DNA from: Alphaproteobacteria bacterium
Lineage (GTDB): Bacteria > Pseudomonadota > Alphaproteobacteria > MPNO01 > UBA830
Reading direction: 5' to 3'
Length of the DNA stretch: 64,000 nt
NCBI GenBank assembly: GCA_964291215.2
Contig: OZ219790.1
Location: 64,001-128,000 of the forward strand
Shown here: one piece after another, positions 35,191 through 45,800 of the stretch
Layout of the letters: the number at the start of each line of letters is the position of its first letter
How positions within the stretch are numbered: position 1 is the first letter of the stretch
The notes under the pieces: model-generated
Database searches by the model: none
What the model saw: only the letters and a program-made list of their open reading frames with translations
What the model was told of the DNA's origin: nothing
Made by a program: the position numbers and the translations under genes

Positions 35191-35361
35191 ATGGAAACTA
35201 CGTTTAAGACTAGCAAATCGTCGCGGTTCGCCGCCGGGGTTCCCTAGTGTTGGACTCAGGGCAGCCACCCTTCCTCCAACTCGGCGATAATCCCCGGTAA
35301 TGTCGTCGTAAAGGTTCGTGCGCAAGTCGCCCTTGTGGGCTACGCGATGGTGTCTGGTCAT
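35191..35361 (-). pseudogene. ardC: ArdC-like antirestriction/ssDNA-binding protein, N-terminal fragment
   Basis: RTNLYDDIT..IIAELEEG.LP*VQ.*GT with frameshift and stops; truncated by IS66. Confidence 0.65.
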
Positions 35362-35519
35362 CTGGATGATCTCGGCGACGGGCGCCTATCTTCCGGCCCT
35401 CAGCCCGTTACGGAAAACCCACCGCACTCTCAAGGGGAGCTGCGGGGTCTCCCTGCAGAAGGGGGTGCGCCGGCAAAGCAGTGCCGGCCAGGGAGAAGGC
35501 TTTCCCCCTCCAACTCCCG

Positions 35520-35801
35520 TCAGGGACGCCGGTGTTTCTGTATTTCCTCGTCGGCGATTGTCTGCACGATGTTCATGTCCATCTCCGCAACGGGTGAGAG
35601 ACGAGCGACCTCGGAAGCCACTTTTGTCCAATGCCAGAACCCGGACCTGTCCCTTTGGGCGCGGTTGCGCGCGGCAAGACGCTGCGCCTCATAATAGGCT
35701 TGGCGCCCATGTTTCTCGATCAACGTGCGCGCGTCCTGCTGCCATCGCTGGCGGATCTGCCGTCGTTTTCGATCCACTTGGAGAACAGGTCGAACATTCA
35801 A
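35520..35801 (-). CDS. Hypothetical protein (ICE/plasmid-type)
   Basis: 93-aa ORF, AYYEAQRLAAR...FWHWTKVASEVAR; start uncertain. Confidence 0.5.
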   Translation of the reverse strand: MNVRPVLQVDRKRRQIRQRWQQDARTLIEKHGRQAYYEAQRLAARNRAQRDRSGFWHWTKVASEVARLSPVAEMDMNIVQTIADEEIQKHRRP

Positions 35802-36172
35802 ACTCGCTTTCCGATGCCAAAATGACCGGACGGGATGGCGATCGCCAGGCAGGGGCTATTTCCCATGCGTGAACGGCTGCTTGAGTTCTGCCAGAACGAT
35901 GATGCCGACTTCAACAGCCCGCTTTGCGCTTTCCGGGACCGCTCTACCTGCACCAACAAAGCGTGAACGTGGCGCGACGGCGATTGTGCAACGATCTGCT
36001 GCACAATTTCTGGATTGCGGGGCGCCGGGGTCTCGGCTGATTGGCCGATGAAATTGGCCTCTCTGCTTCCACGGTCGTCCCGCACGATACCATCGTGTTC
36101 GATGATCGGCCCGACATCTTGAATTTTCCGGCCATTGGCCGTACATATGTTCGATAGATAGGAGATCGAAAA

Positions 36173-36475
36173 ATGGCTGGAGCAGTAAAGAGGCCGACAT
36201 CCGGCCGCGTCCGAGGGGAGCGCCTCGAGACGCGCGTAACCACTTACCAAAAGCGTCTGATCGAATATGCCGCTGCCCTCCAAGGGCGTACTGTAACGGA
36301 TTTCGTTCTGACAAGCTTACAGGACGCGGCGCGGCGTGCCATTGAGGAACATCAACATCTGGAGCTTTCACTCCGGGACAGCCAGGCGTTCGTCCAGGCT
36401 CTGGTCGAACCGCGGCTGGTCAATGAGCGGCTGACTGACACCGTTCGCCGCTATCGTGAGAGAACGGGCGTCTGA
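36173..36475 (+). CDS. DUF1778 RHH antitoxin (TacA/AtaR-like)
   Basis: ERLETRVT..QKRLIEYAAALQGRTVTDFVL; RBS GGAG. Confidence 0.92.
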   Translation: MAGAVKRPTSGRVRGERLETRVTTYQKRLIEYAAALQGRTVTDFVLTSLQDAARRAIEEHQHLELSLRDSQAFVQALVEPRLVNERLTDTVRRYRERTGV

Positions 36476-36478
36476 CGC

Positions 36479-36988
36479 GTGGGGGGAGCGGATGACATTC
36501 TGCGAGTCGAGTTTCTCGGCGCGCAACACGACCGATCGGGGTTCGAAAGCGGTGTAGAGCCGCTTGATCGTTACTTTCAGACGCAAGCTGGACAGGACGC
36601 CAGAAAGAAGATGGCGGCGCCTTTTGTCCTCGTACTGAAGGATGGCAGCGTCGCCGGATATTATACGCTTTTGTCAACGACGGTGCGGCTTCCGGAGTTG
36701 CCGGAAGCCGTGGTCCGCAAGCTGCCGCGCTACCCGCTGATCCCGGCGACTTTACTGGGCCGCCTTGCTGTCGATCAGCGCTATCAGGGAAAAGGTTATG
36801 GTCGGTTCCTCCTTGCGGACGCACTCTTTCGGGCCGTGCGCAGCGAGATTGCATCCTTTGCGGTGATTGTGGACGCCAAGGGTGAGAGCGCGAAGCGCTT
36901 CTATGAGCGCGAGAGTTTTTTACCGTTCCCGGACCAGCAGATGAAGTTGTTCCGGCCAATGGCGGATATTGAAGCATTGTTCAAGTGA
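36479..36988 (+). CDS. GNAT acetyltransferase toxin (TacT/AtaT-like)
   Basis: HDRSGF.SG...LDRY, LLGRLAVD..YQGKGYG..LL.DA, VDAK...A..FY. Confidence 0.92.
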   Translation: MGGADDILRVEFLGAQHDRSGFESGVEPLDRYFQTQAGQDARKKMAAPFVLVLKDGSVAGYYTLLSTTVRLPELPEAVVRKLPRYPLIPATLLGRLAVDQRYQGKGYGRFLLADALFRAVRSEIASFAVIVDAKGESAKRFYERESFLPFPDQQMKLFRPMADIEALFK

Positions 36989-36999
36989 GGGGGGTGTTC

Positions 37000-37247
37000 G
37001 TGGCGGATGCGGATGGAGAAGAACCTGAGAAATTGACATTTTGACATTTAAATTTCTCCGGGGCCTCGAGGCTGATGCCGGTGAGCTTGGATGGCCAGCT
37101 GGCGCTGATTTCGTCAGGAAAGCGCTGTCGGAATCGCTCAACGCAAAGAACGTGGCGTTCCTGCTCGGGGCAGGTTGCTCGTCGAATTGCGTCAAAGAGA
37201 AAGATACTGCGGGCAAGGATGCCTGGCGAGAGCTTGGTATTCCGACC
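37000..37247 (+). pseudogene. SIR2-family protein N-terminal fragment
   Basis: NVAFLLGAGCSS...GIPT; frameshifted by an 8-bp duplication; truncated by a transposase remnant. Confidence 0.7.
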
Positions 37248-37249
37248 GA

Positions 37250-37684
37250 CGCAAAAAGTGCCAACTTGGGTGAAGGACGAGATCGTGACGCTCGACGCCG
37301 AGCACGAGGCGCTCAAGGTCCGGCGTTCAGAAACCCCGAAGCATGTCACGGTGGCCGAGCTCGACGAGAGACTCGACGCCCTGCCCTCCAGCGAGAAGCT
37401 GCTGCTCGACATCGTTCGCATGATCGCCTACCGCGCCGAGACCCGGATGATGTCCGCCGTCGCCGCGGCGCAGGGCGCAAAGCAGCGTCCGCGACGCCCC
37501 CTCGCCGAACTGTTCCAGTCGGACGCCGACATCGCCGGGCTGCTCGACGAACTCAACCGGACGCGCACGATCTTCCCCGGAACCGGGCTCCGCATGATCT
37601 ACGAACTGCCAGACAACGCACGCAAACCCGGCCCAGAAGCATCGCCCTGATTGGAAAAATTGAACCCGAGGTCAGGACATCTGA
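37250..37684 (+). pseudogene. C-terminal remnant of an unclassified transposase with its terminal repeat
   Basis: TPKHVTVAEL...LDIVRMIAYRAET...LNRTRTIFPGTGLRM.Y; ends GGTCAGGACATCTGA. Confidence 0.6.
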
Positions 37685-37740
37685 GCTTCCCATGGCAAGG
37701 GCCGTCTCTTCGCCCCGCATGATCAAGACATGGAAAGATC

Positions 37741-37760
37741 GGTATAGCATTTGCTATACC
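37741..37760. promoter_or_regulatory. Palindromic operator upstream of the XRE::helicase gene
   Basis: GGTATAGCA-TT-TGCTATACC, perfect 9-bp arms, ~60 bp before the start codon. Confidence 0.65.
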
Positions 37761-37819
37761 GCGCGAGATGATTTAATCTCGACGCCCAATGTGATCGAGA
37801 AACGGCGATGCAATCGGGA

Positions 37820-40800
37820 ATGGGCGACATTCCGGAAGACTACCCACTCCGGGTCAGGGACTTGCGTCAGCGGTTGGGGCTCACGCAGGCACAGATGGCG
37901 GAGCGCATCGGCGTGTCGTTCGCGACAGTGAACCGCTGGGAGAACAGCCAGTCCAGGCCCGGGCGCCTAGCGTGGCGCGGGATCGTCGATCTGGAAGCCG
38001 AGGTCCGGCACTCGAGCCGGCCGGCCGAACCGCCCGCCGCTTCGGCGGCGCCAACACTCGACTTTGGTGCTGAGCCGGCAGCGGTGGCCGCCGTTGCGGC
38101 GGCGACGCGGCTCGACTACGGCCACCTGTCCAACCCGACTTTCGCCAGCGAGATATCCTCGATCGACCCGTTGCCGCACCAGCGTATCGCCGTCTACGAA
38201 CACATGACCGGCCAGTCGCCGCTGCGGTTTCTCCTTGCCGACGATGCCGGTGCGGGAAAGACGATTATGACGGGGCTGTATATCCGCGAGATGCTCGTGC
38301 GCCGGCTGATGACCCGTGTGCTTGTTGCTGCGCCGGCCGGGCTGGTGGGCAACTGGGAACGCGAGATGCGCACGCTGTTCCGCCTCTCCTTCCGCATTGT
38401 GCGCGGCGCCGACGCCCGCGCCGGGAATCCGTTCGCCGGGCCGGAGAGCGACCGCATCGTCGTCAGCATCGACACGCTTGCCGGCGAGCGCATGTTCGGG
38501 CGCCTTCGCGAGGCGGTGGAATCGGGCGCCGCGCGACCCTACGACCTCGTGGTGTTTGATGAGGCTCACAAGCTGGCCGCCGCTCGCGAGCAGGATTTCC
38601 GAGTCCGCAAGACCGATCGCTACCGCCTCGCCGAAGCGCTGGCCGGCCTGCCCGTAGACTGTGCGCGCTGGAGCCTGGGCTGGTCGGCCTCGAATATCCT
38701 GCTGCTGACCGCGACGCCGCACATGGGCAAGGACTTCCCCTATTACTGCCTGTGGCGCCTGCTCGCGCCTGACGCGCTGTCGACTTTCGAGGCGTTCGAG
38801 GACTTCCCCGAGGCGTCGCGCCGCCGCCACTTCATCCGTCGCACCAAGGAAGAGATGGTTCACGCCGACGGTCGGCACCTCTATCCGCAACGTAAGTGCG
38901 ACACCCTCAGTTACGCGCTGAACCCGGCCGAGCAAGATCTCTATGACGCGACGACGCAATACATCAAGGAAACCTACAACAGGGCGCGCGTTCTGAACCG
39001 TTCCGCGGCCCGTCTTGCGATGAGCGTGTTCCAGCGCCGGCTCGCCAGTTCGACCTACGCCCTGATGCGCTCGTTCGAGCGCCGCCTCGACCGCCTGGAC
39101 AAGGCCATTGCGCTTGTCCGGGCGGGCCGCAGCGATGAGCTGAAGAGGGGCCAGACGCGGCTCGGGAAGACACCGGATTTCTTCGAATCCCGCACCGCCG
39201 ACGAGGAGGCGGACGACAGCGGCGAACGGGAGCGCCACGAGGAGTTCGAAGAGGCCGCGCTCGGCGGTTTCGCCTCGCTCACCCTTGTGGAGTTCCGGGA
39301 GGAGCGGGCAGAGGTCGAAGCCCTTCTGTCCCGGGCGCGCCGTCTCGCCGAAGCGGGCGAGGATTCCAAGTTCGAGAAGCTGCGTGCGGTCATGTGCGAT
39401 CCGGCCTTCGCCCGGGAAAAGCTCATCGTCTTCACCGAGCATCGAGACACGGCGGAGTTTCTGGTACGCCGCTTGGAAGAGCTCGGCTTCGCCGGTCGGG
39501 TCGGCCTGATCCATGGCGGGATGGATTACCACGCGCGCGAGGCGCAGGTAACGCTGTTCCGGCGTCCGGCGGAGCGCGGCGGCGCCAGCTATCTGGTCGC
39601 GACCGACGCCGCCGGCGAAGGCATCAATCTCCAGTTCTGTTGGCTTATGGTGAATTACGACGTGCCTTGGAACCCGGCGCGGCTGGAGCAAAGAATGGGG
39701 CGCATCCACCGCTACGGGCAAACGCACGACCCGGTGGTGATCGTCAACCTGGTCGCCGGGGAGACGCGCGAAGGCCGGGTTCTCAAGGTGCTGCTCGACA
39801 AGCTCGAGGCGATCCGCAAGGAACTCCGCTCGGACAAGGTGTTTGATGTCGTCGGGCACCTGTTCGAGAATCTGCCGCTCAAGGATTATCTGGAGCAGGC
39901 GGTGACGGAGGCCGGCGCCCGCACCGCTGTCGAGGCGTTCGATGCCAATCTGACGCCGGAACGAGCGGTCGCCATTGACGCGCGGGAGCGCGGCCTCTAC
40001 GGTAGCGGCGAGGTTCGCGCCCGCCTTTCCGAGCTCAACACGACCATGGAGCGGGAACAGTATCGCCGTCTGCTTCCTGGCCATGTCCGCCACTTCGTCG
40101 AGACCGCGGCCCCCTTGATCGACCTGCGACTGGAGGGCGACGCGGGCGGCGTATTCGACTTCGCGCCCCAACGCCCGCGCGCCGCCGACGATATGCGCGC
40201 CGCGATGGATGTCTACCCCGAAGCGATGCGAGGCCGGTTGACGTTCCAGCGTCCGGAAGCCGGCGACTACACTATCTGGATGCATCCCGGCGAGCCGGTG
40301 TTCGAGTGCTTTCACGCCGCCCTGCTGGCGCGCCGCGGCGGCGAGGCGCTGCGCGGCGCGATATTCGTCGATCCCCACGCCGAGGAACCCTACCTCTTTC
40401 ACCTGGCCCGGGTCTCGGTGGTGCGTCGCGGCCGAAACCGGACGGAGACGATCGAGATACGCCCGGTCGGGCTGCGGCAGGAGAGCGACGGCGCTGTTTC
40501 GCCGTGCCCGCCGGAGCATCTGCTTTTGTTGCGCGGCGTTGGCGGCGTCGCGCCCGGTAGCATACCGCTGGCCCGCGTGGCGCACAGGCTCACGGAAGAC
40601 GCCAGGGCGTCGCTGAAGGAGACTGCGCTGTGCATGGCGGCGAAACATCGCGCGCGCCTTGAGCAGGCGCTGCCGGAACTGCGCCGTTTGACCGCGCGCG
40701 GCTATGGCTACAAGACCGCCGAGTTGATGACGAGGCGTCGGAGCATGAGCGGGGAGGCCCGCCAGGGCAATTCGCAAGCGCAAGCGGAGCTCGCCATCGT

Positions 40801-41374
40801 GAAGGAAGAGCAGAGCCGCCTGGTCGCGGAGCAGCGCTGCCGTCTGGCGGCGCTGGAGGCGAAGCCTGCTTCGATTGGCCCCGGCGAGGCAGCGATGATT
40901 GCCCATGCACTGGTCCTGCCGACCAGCGACCCGGAAGAGCGGCAGCGGCACGACGCCGAAGTCGAGACGATCGCCATGGTCCGTGCGCGCGCCCATGAGG
41001 AAGCGGCGGGGGCCTCGGTTCAAGACGTGTCGCGGCCCGCGCTGGCGCGACGCGCGGGCCTGGGCGACTGGCCCGGCTTCGACCTTCGTTCGCTGCGCCC
41101 GGCGGGAGCGGGCGGGCCGGCGGAGGACCGCGCCATTGAGGTCAAGGGCCGCGCCGGTTCCGGCGCGGTGGAAGTGAGCGAAAACGAATGGGCGGCGGCC
41201 TGCAACCTGCGCGAGCGCTACTGGCTCTATGTCGTCTTCGACTGCGCCGGGTTGCGTCCCCGCCTGGTCAAGATCCGCGACCCCTTCGGTTGTCTGCTGG
41301 CCCGGACGAAAGGCGGAGTCGTCATTTCGGCGTCGGAAATCTTGTCGGCAAGCAGGGACGAGGGGGCGGCATGA
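37820..41374 (+). CDS. XRE-HTH::SNF2 helicase::DUF3883 (PD-(D/E)xK) fusion
   Basis: LGLTQAQMAERIGVSFATVNRWEN; LADDAGAGKT, DEAH, TATPH, EGINLQ, EQRMGRIHR; GFDLRS...IEVKGR...SENEW. Confidence 0.9.
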   Translation: MGDIPEDYPLRVRDLRQRLGLTQAQMAERIGVSFATVNRWENSQSRPGRLAWRGIVDLEAEVRHSSRPAEPPAASAAPTLDFGAEPAAVAAVAAATRLDYGHLSNPTFASEISSIDPLPHQRIAVYEHMTGQSPLRFLLADDAGAGKTIMTGLYIREMLVRRLMTRVLVAAPAGLVGNWEREMRTLFRLSFRIVRGADARAGNPFAGPESDRIVVSIDTLAGERMFGRLREAVESGAARPYDLVVFDEAHKLAAAREQDFRVRKTDRYRLAEALAGLPVDCARWSLGWSASNILLLTATPHMGKDFPYYCLWRLLAPDALSTFEAFEDFPEASRRRHFIRRTKEEMVHADGRHLYPQRKCDTLSYALNPAEQDLYDATTQYIKETYNRARVLNRSAARLAMSVFQRRLASSTYALMRSFERRLDRLDKAIALVRAGRSDELKRGQTRLGKTPDFFESRTADEEADDSGERERHEEFEEAALGGFASLTLVEFREERAEVEALLSRARRLAEAGEDSKFEKLRAVMCDPAFAREKLIVFTEHRDTAEFLVRRLEELGFAGRVGLIHGGMDYHAREAQVTLFRRPAERGGASYLVATDAAGEGINLQFCWLMVNYDVPWNPARLEQRMGRIHRYGQTHDPVVIVNLVAGETREGRVLKVLLDKLEAIRKELRSDKVFDVVGHLFENLPLKDYLEQAVTEAGARTAVEAFDANLTPERAVAIDARERGLYGSGEVRARLSELNTTMEREQYRRLLPGHVRHFVETAAPLIDLRLEGDAGGVFDFAPQRPRAADDMRAAMDVYPEAMRGRLTFQRPEAGDYTIWMHPGEPVFECFHAALLARRGGEALRGAIFVDPHAEEPYLFHLARVSVVRRGRNRTETIEIRPVGLRQESDGAVSPCPPEHLLLLRGVGGVAPGSIPLARVAHRLTEDARASLKETALCMAAKHRARLEQALPELRRLTARGYGYKTAELMTRRRSMSGEARQGNSQAQAELAIVKEEQSRLVAEQRCRLAALEAKPASIGPGEAAMIAHALVLPTSDPEERQRHDAEVETIAMVRARAHEEAAGASVQDVSRPALARRAGLGDWPGFDLRSLRPAGAGGPAEDRAIEVKGRAGSGAVEVSENEWAAACNLRERYWLYVVFDCAGLRPRLVKIRDPFGCLLARTKGGVVISASEILSASRDEGAA

Positions 41375-41795
41375 AGGTTTGCCATGTCGATGAGAGCGGT
41401 AATACTACACAGGGTCCCTCTCCAAGAGAGGCACTCGCTCGCCGCCCGGGCGCTGGCCGGCGAATGGGCCGTCTACGACAATGCGGGGCCGGCCCCGGTA
41501 TCGCTGGCGGAGGGAGGAAACGGATGACGCTGACGAAGCCCGCACATGACAAACCGGACGCCCCCGGCCGCGACCCGGACATGGCCGTCCGCCGCCGGGC
41601 CGTGGAGAATGGCGCCAAAGGCATCTCCGTATTCGAAGGGGTCAGGATCGTCCGGATGGTGGTGGACGAGGAAACCTTGGCCTTGAGCAGGTGCTGGCGG
41701 GCGCGGCGGATAAAGATGTGGTGGCGCCTCGTCGGACAAGTCGAAACACTGCTCGCGACGGTGCGTCGACCATTGGCGGAACCGGAGGCCGGTTG
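41371..41795 (+). pseudogene. Fused remnants: DUF3800-like N-terminus, zeta-toxin-like ATPase C-terminus and a small partner ORF
   Basis: MKVCHVDESGNT; W.VYDNAG..P..LAEG in another frame; MTLTKP...AVRRRA...VFEG.RIV. Confidence 0.4.
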
Positions 41796-41797
41796 AT

Positions 41798-42820
41798 ATG
41801 GCCGATGTGAACCTGAAAATTCCGGCGATCGACAGTTTGGTCAAACACGTCGCTAGCGGCATCGGCGCGGTGGCCGGGCCGATGCTGGAGCCATGGAAAG
41901 CACGTCAGGAAACGAAGGCGAAACTCATCAGGGCAGAGGCTGAAGCTGACAGACTGAAACTCTTCGCCAATGCCCAAGCCGAGGCGTGCCGCTTGCTGCT
42001 CCCACAGGACGAGGAAGCTCATGGTGTGCTGGACATCGGCGGCCCGAACGGGATTTCGCAGCGAATCGAGTTCCAGGAACGGAAGCGGCAGGCGAACATC
42101 GCCTCGGTAGTCCGGGACGCCGCCGCCGTGCTGGATGGCAAGGAGGTCGATGACCATGAACCCGATCCGGACTGGACGGCGCGGTTTTTCAATAGCGTTC
42201 AGGACGTAACGTCGGAGGATATGCGGAAAATCTGGGCCAGGATTCTTGCAGGAGAAGTCGAAGGACCAAGCCGGACATCGTTGCGAACGCTGGATGTTCT
42301 GAGAAACATGACGACTAAGGACGCCAAGATGTTCGAGCGGATATGCAGATATGTCGTTCGTGACCCCTCCAAAGACAAGTTCTTTTTCTCAGACGAAGAA
42401 CATGATTTCGGTCATCTTGCAATACCATTTGAAGATTTAATTTATCTTCAAGAAATTGGTCTTATTAATGCAAATAATCCACTTGAATGGAGTGTGTCCT
42501 TAAGCAAACAAAACAAAACCGTGCTTTTTTTTCATGAAAAATTTCTGATTATTTTGACAGGAAGCAAGTCAAAAGACAGTCAAACAATCAAAATTCCCAT
42601 TTACCGCCTTACGAATCCTGGAAAAGAACTCCATGCCATCGCAGGGTGCGAATTTCATTGGGATTACTTGCAGCCACTTGCACGATTCCTGCGCACACAA
42701 GACATCGAAGTGTCCTGCGCTCAGATTATCGAGAGCTTTCCCGACGGCAACTACGGATATTCCGCTCCCTTCGACCCTTTCAAGATCGAGTCCGCAAAGC
42801 CGCGCGGTACCGTCTCATGA
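41798..42820 (+). CDS. DUF2806-like protein
   Basis: QERKRQANIASVV..AA, PDPDWTARFF..VQDVTSEDMRKIWARILAGEV..P...SLRTL. Confidence 0.8.
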   Translation: MADVNLKIPAIDSLVKHVASGIGAVAGPMLEPWKARQETKAKLIRAEAEADRLKLFANAQAEACRLLLPQDEEAHGVLDIGGPNGISQRIEFQERKRQANIASVVRDAAAVLDGKEVDDHEPDPDWTARFFNSVQDVTSEDMRKIWARILAGEVEGPSRTSLRTLDVLRNMTTKDAKMFERICRYVVRDPSKDKFFFSDEEHDFGHLAIPFEDLIYLQEIGLINANNPLEWSVSLSKQNKTVLFFHEKFLIILTGSKSKDSQTIKIPIYRLTNPGKELHAIAGCEFHWDYLQPLARFLRTQDIEVSCAQIIESFPDGNYGYSAPFDPFKIESAKPRGTVS

Positions 42821-45800
42821 CCGCCGATCGCGACACCCGCCTGATCGAGGTGGATTTTCCGTTGGAGCGGGTTTCGCTCGATTCGGTGCATGAGAAGAAC
42901 GTCCGGCACGGACATATATCGACGCTGCATATTTGGCCGGCGCGACGGCCGCTGGCGGCGTGCCGGGCGGCACTGGTGGCGACGCTGCTGCCCGACCCCG
43001 GCGATGCGGCAGCGCGGCAGGCGCTCTACCGCCGGCTGGCCGGTGAGGTCGTCGAGACGGTCAGGGCGGAGCGCCGCGGCGGCCGCGCGGTGGAGCAACA
43101 CCGGCGCGAGACTGCAGGCGGCCTGCTGCACTGGGGACGCGAGGACGGCCCGGACCTGCAATGGTTCCGCGAGCGCATCCGCCAGGCCCATGGCGGGCGG
43201 GCGCCCAGGGTGCTGGACCCGTTCGCCGGCGGCGGCGCTATACCGCTGGAGGCGATGCGGCTCGGCTGCGAGGCGACCGCCGTCGATATCAACCCGGTGG
43301 CCTGGTTCATCCTCAAATGCACCCTCGACTATCCGCGCCGGATAGCGGGCAAGACCCTGCCGCTGCCCGGTTTCGCGCGCACCGACAGGGATTTCATGGC
43401 GGCCTTCCTCAAGGCGCGGGGCTTCAAGGGCAAGCCACTGGACGGCAGGCTTGCGGCGCTCGGCCTCGCGCCGGACTGCGGGGCGGGGGAACTGGCGCTG
43501 GATGCCCCGGCGCGCGAAGAGGCGCTCTGCGAAGCCGACCTCGCCTGGCATGTCCGCGCCTGGGGCCGGCGCGTGCTCACCGTAGTTCGCGCGGCGCTGG
43601 CGGCGCGCTACCCGACCTATGCTGCGTTCCAGGCGCCAGCACCTGGCGGCCCGTCGTTCGAGCCGCGGCCGCTCGCGCTGCTGGCGCCGGACGAAACGGG
43701 CGCGACCAGTGCCGGGCCGCTGAACGAGGCGTTCGACGCGGCCTGGCTCGCCGACCCGCGCAACCCGCGTTGGGTGGCGAAACCGACGGTGGCCTATCTG
43801 TGGGCGCGCACGGTGCGCTGCAAGAGCTGCCGCGCCGTACTACCGCTTCTCAAGACCCGGTGGCTGTGCAGGAAGGACAGCAAGCGCATCCTGCTCACCA
43901 TGACGCCGCGGGCGGACGGGTCCGGCGTCGCCTTCGGGGTCGAGGCCGGGGTGCCGCCGGCCACCGGCACTGCGGCGCAGCGGCGCGAGGGCGATAGGCG
44001 GCTCGGCGAAGGCACGATGAGCCGCAGCGGCGCACGCTGCCCCTGCTGCTCGGCGATCATGTCCATGGAGGACATCCGCCTCGAAGGCCGCGCCGGGCGG
44101 CTGGGCGCGGTGATGACCGCCGTGGTCGTCGACGGGCCGAAGGGCAAGGAATACCGCCCGCCGGAGGACGAGGAGCTCCGCGCTGCGGAGGTCTCCGCCG
44201 GCGAACTGGACGCGCTGTATGTCGACATTCCATTCGGGCTGCCGACGGAGGCGACGCCGCGCCAGGGACCGGGCGCTGCCCGCGCTTTCTCGGTGGAGAA
44301 TTACGGCCTCGACCGCTGGGACAAGCTGTTCACCGACCGGCAGCTTCTGGCGCTGGGCTCGGTGCTGCGGGAGATGCGCCGGTGCGCCGACGCAATGGCG
44401 GACCTCCCGCCGGAATGGCGGGAGGCGGTCCTGGCCTGTCTGGCCCCGTCGCTCGGCCGCCTCGCCGACCGGGGCAGTGCGCTTGCGACCTGGACCAATG
44501 ACCGTGAAACAACCCGCAGCACGTTCGCCCGTTTCGCACTGCCCGTCGTGTGGGACTTTGCCGAATCCTGCCCGCTGGCCGACACTACCGGCGGCTTCGT
44601 CCAGGCCGTCGAGTGGATCGCCCGCGTCGTCGAGCATCTGCAAGACGCGGCGAGGGACGCGCCCGGCGCAACGGTGCTGAGGCAGTCGGCGCTTGCACCC
44701 GTTCGCGGCGGGTTCGACGCCATCGTCACCGACCCGCCTTATTACGACGCCATTCCCTATTCGGACCTGATGGACTTCTTCCATGTCTGGCTGCGCCGCG
44801 CGCTGCACGGCGTCGTGGCGGACGCGGACCCGGCGTTCGCCGACCCTCTCGGCCCGAAATGGAATGCGGCCGGCGGCGACGGCGAGCTGATCGACGACGC
44901 CAGCCGGTTCGGCGGCGACCGGGCGGCATCGAAGCAGGCCTACGAAGACGGTATGGCCCGCGCCTTCCAGGCGTGCCACAAGGCGCTGAAGCCGGAGGGG
45001 CGGCTGGTCGTCGTCTTCGCCAACAAGTCTCCCGACGCCTGGGAGACCCTGGTCGCGGCGCTGATCCGCGCCGGGTTCGTCGTCACCGGTTCCTGGCCGA
45101 TCCAGACCGAGATGCAGAACCGGCAGCGTTCGCTGGCCTCCGCCGCCCTCGCCTCCTCGGTCTGGCTCGTCTGCCGCAAGCGCCCGCCGGGCCGGCCGGG
45201 CTGGGACAGCGCGGTGCTGGCCGAGATGCGCGAGAACATCACGCGGCGACTGCGCGGCTTCTGGGATGCCGGCATCCGCGGGCCGGACTTCGTGTGGGCC
45301 GCGACGGGGCCGGCGCTCGAAGCCTTCTCTCGGCATCCGGTGGTGAAGAAGGCCGATGCGCCCGGCGAGACCATGGCGGTCTCCGAATTCCTGCGAGAGG
45401 TGCGCCGCATGGTGGTCGATTTCGTCGTCGGCCGGGTGTTGACCCGCGACGCCGACGCGGCGGGCGGCCTCGACGATGTGACGACCTATTACCTGCTGCA
45501 TCGCGGCGATTTCGGCCTGGGCGAGGCTCCAGCCGGCGCCTGCATCCTCTATGCGCTGTCCTGCAACCTGTCCGACCGCGACCTCTCCGACCGCTTCGCC
45601 ATCCTGTCACGACCTGACCGCGTCCAATTCGACGAAGCAGATGACGACGGGACCGGCGACGAGGACGGCGGCGGTGCTGCGGGTGCCGGCGGCCGGGGCG
45701 GCAAGGCGAAGCTGCTGCCCTGGAACCGGCGCAAGGCCAGAGGGCTGGGCCTCGAAGGCCCGGGCGGTCGCCCCGCGCCGCTGATCGACCGGGCGCACAG

